From Phoronis australis (Eukaryota > Animalia > Phoronida): a DNA stretch of 64,000 nt. A program made the position numbers and the translations under genes. The notes beneath the pieces are model-generated. The model had not been told where the DNA came from. It did not search any database and saw only the letters and a list, made by a program, of their open reading frames with translations. The stretch is from assembly GCA_002633005.1 (NCBI GenBank), contig NMRA01000261.1, forward strand, positions 248,001 through 312,000, written 5' to 3'. Shown piece after piece: positions 12,984 through 22,615 of this stretch; positions within the stretch are counted from its first letter, which is position 1; each line of letters opens with the position of its first letter.

Positions 12984-13013
12984 TGTATGTATGTATGTAT
13001 GTATGTATATGTA
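12955..13013. repeat. (ATGT)n microsatellite
   Basis: Directly visible. Confidence 0.95.
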
Positions 13014-14789
13014 TAAGCTATTTATTTACTTGTTACGATCTCAACTTGCCACCAGGTTTTACTAAACTATTTCGCATTACGTAGTCACACCGGACTGAAC
13101 TCCGTAAGACACATCGGCTGTTGTACGGAGGTTTAGTGATGACGTATCTGCCACTATTATGACGCGATAGAAATAGAAATGCAGTCATATCACACTTCAA
13201 AAAATTTGCAGGTCTTGAATTTTTGCCGACTCAGGTAACCACGGGGGAAATTTAGCACTTGATTTTTTTTTACAAACCTGCTTAAGCCAGACAAGACTAT
13301 GTATCAGTGTGGGGGATATAGTTCAGTTGACACCTTTTGAGTCAACCTGTGTATCCAAATTGCTGCCGAGCCCGCTTTATAAAGACTACATTTTTGGAGA
13401 AATCGTAGAGAATATATTTTGACTATTTTCGCTGGCGCTCCCAATCACTCTATTATGCATTGACGTAGTCAATATTTCCCGGCATTGTCTCACAATTTGA
13501 AATTAGTGAAAGTTGTCCAATTATACGGTTTTCTACATGTTTTAGTGCCAGCGGTACTCAAAAATTTATTTCTGACTGGAGAAACCGAGATTAGAAATTC
13601 TCGTCTGACTAATAAACTTCCTTTTTATGTAACTAAATGATTTTGCCGACTTTTCTAATGAGCAAACCTCCAGGGTACTTACACCGACGCACACGGGGAC
13701 AGGTGTAGTTGCTACACAGCTGCAGTGACACCATAGATCAGACACACACGCTGGCGAGTACAGACCATCTTGAATGGGATGTTCACTTGGGAAGTAAGTA
13801 TATCCACTGGCAGAGTTATCAACACAACGAAAGCCGGAAAGTCAGCATGAAAAGAACCTATCTGTAGACTAATGTTCACGGCACCCTTCGCGACGTTACC
13901 GTGCGATATTTTAAGACTGCATGGTCGAGTTCCGTAGACGCAAGAATTGCGCGAGTGGTGTGAACAGGTGCTTCGCTTACAGTACATAGCGAAATGTCGC
14001 GTTTTCATGAGGTTCTCGCGGTTGGCCAGGGTTTTCACGAAAAGTTAGACATCATGCGAGGCATGCAACAAAATGGCGACCACACGCCCCCTGGTCACTT
14101 GGAAAAGTTCGCAACTGTGAGACTGGCAGCCCAGAGCACTTAGCATAGCTGAACGAGGTACCAAGATCTGACCATAGGAGTAGGCCTATTTAGAGTCCAC
14201 CTCAGTATATAGGGAAATGAACGTTTGGCGTTGTCTCCACTCTGGGTGCGACCCCTTTGCCCTGTTGCATGAAACAGTCCCAAATAGGGACTCAACTAAG
14301 TTCCCTAAATCTTTTGTGTATTTGTTTCGTTCTATGCTCACAGGCGTAGTATTTTTTATCATTTTATCTTTAGTATGAGCTCTTCTTTGACTAATGACAT
14401 GGGTCATTCGGTATTCAGTGCGGTACTATGTTGTTCGTTTTAATCAGTTTTGGTTGCTACCTCGAATATCTAGGCTCGCTCGTTTTTGGCTCCCTTGTAT
14501 TATAAGGTCTCCACTGACCGGTTGCATAAAACAGCCCTAAACAGGGACTCAACTAAGTTCCCTAAATCTACAGCGTATTTGTGGGCTTGTGAAAACACTG
14601 ATTGTCCTTTCTTGTGCTGCTTGAGTCTAATTACTAAGTCACAAAACCGAAAGTAAACTCTACATTGCATTATCAATATTATTGAAAATTTGTATAGGGA
14701 TCTTTTCATGCAATGTCCTTAATTTCAGTGAGGACTAAGTCCCTGATTATTTTCATTGAATTAAGGGCTCCGTTTCCAGTCAGTCATAC

Positions 14790-15505
14790 ATTCGAGGTTC
14801 CACAAAAAATCAATTCCATGTGATTCAATATACGTCACTGCTCACTAAGTGCCCCATGACAGACAAAATACACTCTGGGTTGTGCCCGCCAGAAACGCCC
14901 AAAAATGTCAACCACGGTATGCCATTTGAGATTTCAGCTAGATTAGATATTTGAAGTACCCGCTAAAACTGATTTAAAGCGAACAATATAACCGCACTGA
15001 ACACCGAATGAACCATGGCATAGAATTTGCACTCTGGAAAGAGTCCGCCAGAAACCCAAAAAGGACCCCCAAAAATGAGCTATCTCATTTATTCGAGGTA
15101 CCACATAAACCAATTCCATGTGATTGAATACATGTCACTGATCACTAAATGGCCGATGGCAGTCAAAATAGATTCCGGGTTGTGCCCGCCAGAAACCCCC
15201 GAGAATGGCAACCACCGTATGCCATTGAAAATGTGAGCTAGGTTAGATTTTTGAGGTACCAGCTAAAACTTGATTTAAAACGAACAATAGTACCTCACTG
15301 AACAACAAATGACTCATGACAGACAAATTAGACTCTTCAAAGAGTCCGCCAGAACTCAAAGACGACGCCCAAAAGGAGCTGGCTTATATATATTCGAGGA
15401 ACCACAATAAACAATTCCATGTGATTCAAATAGAAGTTACTGGTAACTAAATGGCTTGTGACATACAAAAACCCCGGCATTCTGGGTTGTGCGTGCCAGC
15501 CTCAG
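14790..15505 (+). repeat. About 300-bp tandem repeat, about 2.4 diverged copies
   Basis: ATTCGAGG.(T/A)CCAC…CAATTCCATGTGATT…CTGGGTTGTGCCCGCCAGAAAC recurs at about 14790, 15091 and 15392. Confidence 0.85.
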
Positions 15506-15700
15506 AAATCTCAACCATGTAATTCTGTTGAAAACGTGTAATAATATATTAATTAGACAATGATGATTCCAGTTAAATCTCGGTAGAGCTTTGTAGAATC
15601 AAGAATTTCGATTAGGAAGGTGTGACCACGTGCTTAGTTTGCAGTTCATGGCGAATTCTTGTATTTCCTTAATACTTTCGCGTGTGCTGAACTGCCTCCT

Positions 15701-16827
15701 TGCCAAATGGATGATGGAGTAAATTAAGCATTTTGGAAAATACCCGATAACACTAAAACTTTGGGATACGAGGAATTGTCAAAAAACTAACCCATTGAGT
15801 GATGATTAAGACTGCAGCTATTGTAGTATAATGAGCAATAGAAAGTGCCAGCAAGAAAGAAATACTTCAGCGACAACACATGGCTCCTAAGTTTGCGTTA
15901 GATCGAGACTGAACCATGAACAGGATTTCCAAAGAGTCCTTTCATTACGTTGACTACTAAACAATGCTTTTAAAGAAAAGTAACAGGCGTGTTTTTAAAA
16001 ATCTTCTTTAATCAAAATAACCTAGAAATAGTCATCACAACTCTTTTACATACTTAATAGCCACCCAACATTTGCAATGACATCCGTGTCAGAGGCCCTG
16101 ATCAATGCAGTGCCAATTGAGTTGGCTAAGTGGAAGGTAAGAAGCGTGTTGACCTCCTCATGGGAACCTTATCAGATGCCATAGTACCACTGTAAAAAAG
16201 GCGAGTACAGTTTGTCGCCATGTCAAACAAGTATTTTCTCCCCAAGAAATGGTACATATAGGTCTTTTTGCCATTCTAGTCGGAGGAAGGTTTCCAAACT
16301 GTCCTTGAAATGTCCCGTTCTGCATACCAGGGTTTTCAAGAGGACATTTTTGGGTGTTAAATTCGTGTTACGTTGGTTTACGGACAGAAGTTAATTTGTC
16401 CTAAATGAAAAGTTTAGACCTTAAAAACAGGTGTGTTTAAGTAACTTTGTTATCCTGTAATACTTACCTACTGTTATCTATAGTAATTGACTACACCCGT
16501 GAACTAAAATTTTAAAAAAATAAAAGTTTACCTTGTAAAAGAACCCACTTTTTGGATTTTTCCACCATTCCGACACACCATCTAAATGTCTCGCTTTTTG
16601 ACTTAGCTAAACTGACATACTATCATGTACTATAATAATTTCCCTTGCGACATAGTCATATTTTACCGCTTGACTAACATGGAAAAAACAAGAGAGTTTC
16701 TGTAGCTCCTTATACTACAGTAGCTGCGGTCGTGATCACCTAATAGGTTGTTTTGACAGTTCCTGGTATCCCAAAGTTTATTAGGTATTTTCTAAAATGT
16801 TTACCTTTCTACATCATCCATTTGGCA
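15701..16827. mobile_element. Non-autonomous element with imperfect TIRs of about 140 bp or more
   Basis: TGCCAAATGGATGATG…AAACTTTGGGATAC…GCAGCTATTGTAGTATAA (15701-15835) is the reverse complement of 16703-16827. No TSD found. Confidence 0.65.
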
Positions 16828-16867
16828 GTCTGTGTGACGCTATTATTAATGTAAGCAAGGGTAGAGT

Positions 16868-17190
16868 TGTTTTAGCTGGTACCTCGAATATCTAATCTAG
16901 CTCAAATTTTCAATGGCATATGGTGGTAAACATTTTTGGGGGATTCTGGCGGGCACAACCCAGTGTTTATTTTGTCTGGCGTGGGGCATTTAGTGATCAG
17001 TGACGTGTATTGAATCACATGAATTTTTTTTTTGTGGTACCTCTTTTTTGAGGGTCCTTTTGGGTAGTTCTGACGTACCCTTTCCAGGGAGGAACTTGAC
17101 TGTTATAGATCATTCGGTGTTCACTGCGGTGCTATTGTTCGTTTTAAATCAGTTTTAGCTGGTACCTTGAATATCTAATCTAGCTCAACT
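16868..17190 (-). repeat. Inverted copy of the 300-bp unit at 14790-15505
   Basis: TTTAGCTGGTACCTCGAATATCTAATCTAGCT…TTCTGGCGGGCACAACCCAG is the reverse complement of the tandem unit. Confidence 0.85.
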
Positions 17191-17197
17191 TTTTAAT

Positions 17198-17372
17198 CGG
17201 TCACATGATATCCCTTTTCACGGTGACGTGTTCTATTTCCGTTGCAACAAGAATATTTAAACGATCAACGATTCACGAAACGGTTCAGTCTTTACAGGGA
17301 TTGGATAAACCTAAATTTGCGAGCTCGAAAATGGCGCATCAACGCCGAATTTAAGTGATCCGGAAGTGAACT
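17198..17372. promoter_or_regulatory. Housekeeping-promoter-like motif cluster (E-box/CRE-like, RFX-like GTTGCAAC, YY1 AAAATGGCG, ETS CCGGAAGT)
   Basis: CpG-enriched patch with these motifs just beyond the SLX4 stop codon. The target transcript is unknown. Confidence 0.35.
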
Positions 17373-18058
17373 GCTGCATAAATTTTGAACATTATATGCC
17401 ATTCTGTTCATAAAAGACTAACAGCCAGAACAGGAGGAACTCCACTACTTTTGACTCTGGTATGCCACTGGAAAAGATACTGACACCTTCAGAATTAGAA
17501 CGAAACCCATTTGTAGGTAACTCAACAAACCTGAATTAAACACAAAGCCCTATTGTATGAATATTCTGTTGCACTGAAAATGAACAACTTTGCGAAGTTC
17601 CCAAGTCAAAATCTGAACAGTTTTTTCTGGGGAAACTGGCAGTGAAGAAACATATGAGCGACACTGCAAATCGGTCCTTTTTCTAGTTCACTCTCGAATG
17701 GGTAGGTATCCCAATTTTCCAGCTTCACCCGTCAAAAACACATTCGAGTACTCCGGGACGTTCCCATAACACCACTTATATGTACGTGACCGCCCAAAAT
17801 TAGCACAACAGTGCCAATACGCATTGTTTTTAAATGGCTTCAGATCTTTTTAGAAATTACTCGACATAAGTTGAACTATTGTAGGGGTGACATATGGCTT
17901 CCTCAGCAAATGCGGTTTTTGAAATTACATACGTGGCGCATGGTATGAAAACACAGTAGAAAATTAAATTCAGTATCCATGAATATTCTATTAATTTGCT
18001 CACATTAGCTTTTGTTGGCTGAGCGCCGGGCACAGCCTGGCAACACACATTTCATAAA

Positions 18059-21000
18059 TTAAATCTCAGAACTAATAGGCTTTCTGTTCTTTTTCGTCCG
18101 CCTGTTTGATGCAGGTTGCTTGGCATCTTTCATAGTATAATTAACACACTTTTTGTCTAGTATATCAGTTAGTCTTTGCAAACCACATCGAATTCCATTT
18201 GTTTTCAGTGTTGCATGGAGGGCACCTATCTCTAATGGTTCGTATGTCAGTACTTTCAGGTAAAGATCCGGATTTCGTTTTAAAAATTTATAAACCTTTT
18301 CTGCCACAGCCTCTGAAGCTTTCACAGATAAATTATCCTCAGCAGGCACTAAAAATGTCTTTTCAACGATTTCATCAGAACAGATGTCGTCACCAGAGAT
18401 TGCGCTGTCGTCGGAATCAGAGCCAGGGCTCTTTTCAGAAGACTGCTGCGGGTCACTGTTGATGACATCACGACCTAGCGGAGGTGGGTTGTCACAAGTC
18501 ACCCTGACAGCCGCATCGCCTTCCACAGTAAAGCTTGCTTCTGCTTCACTGTCAGTCTCATACTGGTGCGTTTGGTGATACACATCTTTGAGCAACATTA
18601 TCATCTTCTTTTTAGGAAGAGGCTTTACACCAATGTTCTTACATGCGTGTTTCAATTCAGGTGTCACCATGGAATCATACTTTGGCATAGGTGTAAAAGG
18701 AGACGGCGCTGTACGTTTCTTTACTTTACCAAACAGTGAAGTGTGAGGTGTTTTGTATACTCCCTCCTGCACAGCAGAGCTACCCTCCATGTTGTCACGG
18801 AAACTCTCTGCAAAAATGATATCGTAGTCAACCATCTGTTGCTGGTAAGCAGACCCTTGACTCAGACTTGACTCAGGGTTCGTCGGGGCTCCCTGCAATT
18901 CACACTGTAACTGACCATCAACTTGATGACTTGTAGGATTATACCCACTGTTTCCAGATTCGACTTCATTGTCACTCTCTGTACTAGCCAACTTGCCTAT
19001 CTTTGTAGGACTATCACATAAAGGTAAATCCTCATTATATCCACCCTCATCGAAGTCTTCCCAAGGGTCACACAGGTCAGACCCACTGGCACAATCAGCA
19101 TCTTTCGTGGTATTCAAAGCTTTATTACACTTTGGGCTACTAACACGTAAGTCTGTATCAGTCACAGTAATAATTTGTCCCTGACTTGAAACAGAGGGAT
19201 CCAAAATACCAGAACTATTCTTGAAACAAGAACTCATTTCAGTGAGGGATGTGTGCTTTGGAGAATTTGTCTGATCTTCATCTGATGAGCTATCCTGTGT
19301 TAAATCGATCTCACCATCCATGTTATAAACTGTAGACAAGTCGCAAGCTTCATTCCTGTTTTCCCTTATAATACATTGCCTTTTACTGGTACTAAACCTG
19401 AGAGACTGACAGCCCTTTCTTTTCTTGCTATCTGGCATGCATGGTTTAGCAGGCCGTGAAGGCTGTGCTGAACCAAATGTGGGAGAGGGAGGCAGGGTTG
19501 CTGAGTCATCCATGTTACTTTGGTTTGGAGTTCTGGTGCTCTTGACTTCTGGAGTCTTTGCCATGCATAGTGAATGAAGACGCATGGATGATGTTTTCCT
19601 CATGACAGACAAACATCCTTCAACTGCAGTCTCACCATCCCCAGGTGGACCAATACGAGAATGATTGGCTACAGGGCTTCCAAAAAGATCGGGTGTTTGT
19701 GACATGTTTGAACACACACGTGCATCCCGGCTCCCAGATTTACCAACAGGTGTTGAAAAGCCCAAAACTCCAGTACACACTGTCTCACCATCTACTGTAC
19801 CACTAGAACCCACATCAAGACAACTTGCAGACACCACTGAACACACTTGATCCAGCTCTGTATCCATGGTAACAAATGTATCATCAGGATCTAACGCGCC
19901 ACCCTGCAGCGCCTGCTCCTCTGACAATTCAGTTTCACTGTCTGGATAATCACCACTGCCCACACATATCTCTATCCTACTTCTATTCAAATGGTCAACC
20001 AAGCTTTGACTCAAAGGGTTCAGTGCAGTCTGATTGACTTTGTTCAACACCTGCTCATCAGACAAATTATGGACAGTTTGACTACTCTGGCTCAATTGCG
20101 ATGATTCTAAAAAGCGTTTCACGTCATCATACAAATCATTGTAGAACGCTTTTTCAAAACTACCATCAGTTGCATTATTACTCTTGATCTTCTGAGTAAG
20201 TGTGACGTGCTCAAACACATCTTCTATATCACTATCATGAAACCCCTTGTTCCCTTCCACCTCATTGCCTTCATCATCGTCATTATCAATCAACTCTCCA
20301 TTGAGGCACTCACTGTTGACACACTGAGAATTACCCAAGTCCTGATCAACACTAAAATTTTCACAGACTTTTTCCAAGTCGGTTACACCAAACTCCTTGG
20401 CGATATCTAAAACCTCAAGCACATATTCCAAGTCCAATGAAACCTGTGCAGTATATAAATATGTAATGAACAATAATAGCGACTTCTTTGAAAACTGAGA
20501 GAGATCAACAAAGTCACTTGCACAGTCGCCTGCTTGGATCGCGTGAAATAACTTGGGACAACGTGAAAACAAAATAAACTTGTGCGTGTGAAGTAAATTT
20601 TGATCTGCTGTAAGAATCACGACATCACTGAGAGTCTTGTTATTGACCATACAGCTCAAGTCCTCCACTAGCTGGTGAGTCTCAGTACTAGTAGAGCAGT
20701 CCGTCTCCGAGGGAGGCTCCCATCCTTGTGGAACAGTGTGCTGCTCAAGATCAGACAAGATGAGTGCAGTCTGTGTGCCCATAATGTCACCACTGCCCTC
20801 TGGTGTCCGCCCTGGTATCATAGCTACTGACTTCGACCTAGTGACTGAACCACGAGTAGGAGTCAAGGGGGGCACCAGTGATTCCACGTAGTATTTCTTA
20901 ACAGGACTGTGTCCAGATGGTGTGTGGTGACATTCCCTCCAGATGGCAGGTCTGGCAGTCAAGCTCTTGTCACAGTCATTCAGCTTACTGGGAATCAAGG

Positions 21001-22183
21001 CTGGTGTTGCCTTGATATCAATGGGTAGTCTTGAAAGGAGAATCTCATCTGACACACGCTGGGCTATCAGTCTTTCTTTGTCCATCACACTATGGTAAAC
21101 AACTTCTGGTATTTCAACAATTGTTCGACGTCCACGCTTAACCTTTTTCTGACCAAACCTGTTCTTATGTCTACTGTTACGCTCCCTGGGCTCAATGCAT
21201 GCTTTAAGCGATGCATCTTCCAATTGTTTTCGTAACAACTTTAAGAGGTCCCCAGGAGCTAAACTCATCTGAGATGAACACTGCTTAATATGTTTCACAC
21301 GACTCGCTTTGGTTTTCAATTTCTTCCCACACATAGGACAATCCATTACTATAGTTTCATTTGCTAAAGACTCAGCAATATCCCTTTCAACTACAGACCG
21401 TTCCGATGCATCAATGCACTTGTTTACATGCTGTGTCCGACGAACTGTATTCATGTGTGTGATATCTTTTTGACACATATGACAAAACACCAAGTTCAAC
21501 TGCGGCCGGTGTTTCCCATCTTCCTCATCCTGAAGTGTTCTGGCCAACTCTGCATCACTGTCTACACTTGGTTCCGAGGCTGAAAATTTCTTCCTCAAAC
21601 AGCGGACCACATGAGTAGACTTCTCTGATTTGACAACAGCCTGGTCACAGTTAGGACATTGTGCAGTATCAGTGGACACATTGTGTTTAGTGTTAAAGGG
21701 AACATTCTCTAATTTGTTCTCGCTGCTTAGGCCACTTTCAGACACAGTGGGTTTACTCACTGCAGTAGACTTAGTCAAACAAGCTGTTGAGTCAGAGAGA
21801 CCGTCTTCACTAACACAACCAAGATGACTAGAATCATCACATTTAGTCACAGTTTCAGACTGTTTAGCCAACGTCTTGTCCCCGCCACTTTCACCTGCAG
21901 TTTCTTTGTCAACATTCTGTGCCTTCTTCCCACGGTTGGCTCTTCTATCGGTTTGAAAGTCGTCAGTCGTATCTAGACACACGTCCTGTCCGATGCTAAA
22001 AATCTTTTCAAACTCTGGCAAAATCTCTTGCTTACGTTTCTTAGACAGTTTGTTTTTCTTTTGAGGTTTCATTTGCGCAATAATATTTGTAGTCAGTGAT
22101 ACAACTGACCGTGTCAGGGCAGTCTTTGTTGCTGTATTCTGTGAGATAACATTCTCTTTGTCCACGTGTTTCTCTTGGTACAT
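18059..22183 (-). CDS. SLX4: Structure-specific endonuclease subunit SLX4 (BTBD12), 1374 aa, single coding exon
   Basis: Domain order: UBZ-type zinc fingers (CHMCQKDITHMNTVRRTQHVNKC; CPMCGKKLKTKASRVKHIKQC), MLR-like region, BTB (MVNNKTLSDVVI…HKFILFSRCPKL), SAP/MUS81-binding (TPMPKYDSMVTPELK…GVKPLPKKKM…YHQTHQ) and C-terminal SLX1-binding domain (LYLKVLTYEPLEI…DILDKKCVNY). There is an in-frame upstream stop and an acceptor at 22240/22239. Confidence 0.96.
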   Translation of the reverse strand: MYQEKHVDKENVISQNTATKTALTRSVVSLTTNIIAQMKPQKKNKLSKKRKQEILPEFEKIFSIGQDVCLDTTDDFQTDRRANRGKKAQNVDKETAGESGGDKTLAKQSETVTKCDDSSHLGCVSEDGLSDSTACLTKSTAVSKPTVSESGLSSENKLENVPFNTKHNVSTDTAQCPNCDQAVVKSEKSTHVVRCLRKKFSASEPSVDSDAELARTLQDEEDGKHRPQLNLVFCHMCQKDITHMNTVRRTQHVNKCIDASERSVVERDIAESLANETIVMDCPMCGKKLKTKASRVKHIKQCSSQMSLAPGDLLKLLRKQLEDASLKACIEPRERNSRHKNRFGQKKVKRGRRTIVEIPEVVYHSVMDKERLIAQRVSDEILLSRLPIDIKATPALIPSKLNDCDKSLTARPAIWRECHHTPSGHSPVKKYYVESLVPPLTPTRGSVTRSKSVAMIPGRTPEGSGDIMGTQTALILSDLEQHTVPQGWEPPSETDCSTSTETHQLVEDLSCMVNNKTLSDVVILTADQNLLHTHKFILFSRCPKLFHAIQAGDCASDFVDLSQFSKKSLLLFITYLYTAQVSLDLEYVLEVLDIAKEFGVTDLEKVCENFSVDQDLGNSQCVNSECLNGELIDNDDDEGNEVEGNKGFHDSDIEDVFEHVTLTQKIKSNNATDGSFEKAFYNDLYDDVKRFLESSQLSQSSQTVHNLSDEQVLNKVNQTALNPLSQSLVDHLNRSRIEICVGSGDYPDSETELSEEQALQGGALDPDDTFVTMDTELDQVCSVVSASCLDVGSSGTVDGETVCTGVLGFSTPVGKSGSRDARVCSNMSQTPDLFGSPVANHSRIGPPGDGETAVEGCLSVMRKTSSMRLHSLCMAKTPEVKSTRTPNQSNMDDSATLPPSPTFGSAQPSRPAKPCMPDSKKRKGCQSLRFSTSKRQCIIRENRNEACDLSTVYNMDGEIDLTQDSSSDEDQTNSPKHTSLTEMSSCFKNSSGILDPSVSSQGQIITVTDTDLRVSSPKCNKALNTTKDADCASGSDLCDPWEDFDEGGYNEDLPLCDSPTKIGKLASTESDNEVESGNSGYNPTSHQVDGQLQCELQGAPTNPESSLSQGSAYQQQMVDYDIIFAESFRDNMEGSSAVQEGVYKTPHTSLFGKVKKRTAPSPFTPMPKYDSMVTPELKHACKNIGVKPLPKKKMIMLLKDVYHQTHQYETDSEAEASFTVEGDAAVRVTCDNPPPLGRDVINSDPQQSSEKSPGSDSDDSAISGDDICSDEIVEKTFLVPAEDNLSVKASEAVAEKVYKFLKRNPDLYLKVLTYEPLEIGALHATLKTNGIRCGLQRLTDILDKKCVNYTMKDAKQPASNRRTKKNRKPISSEI

Positions 22184-22592
22184 TCTGAATGCACTGTCTT
22201 CTTAAGCCATATATTGGAAGTCTGACCACGCTGTCACTTCTGAAATGTAATTATCAATGTAATTATTAAATTAATAGCATGACTTGAAAATTGCACGTTG
22301 TTGAGGATTTGCAGGAATGGTACCTTAACCATTTCCGAAGTAATACACAAAAGTGGTTGATAGATTCAAGCTGACAAGTTTCCACCAAAGTTGCGCACAA
22401 CATTAACCACTGGGTTTGGGCTGATTAATACAATGAAGATTTACCATGAACAGGTAACCTGATAACAAAGTCCAGATAATTTTATTTACCAAAACCAGCT
22501 CTCTCAACTACCATTTGTAATGGTGTCTGCTTTTTGTGAAACTGACAAAACACTTTCGTATAATATGGAAGCAGTAAAATGAGTAACAAAAA

Positions 22593-22615
22593 CAAATAAA
22601 TAAATAAATAAATAA
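22593..22615. repeat. (AAAT)n microsatellite
   Basis: Directly visible. Confidence 0.85.
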
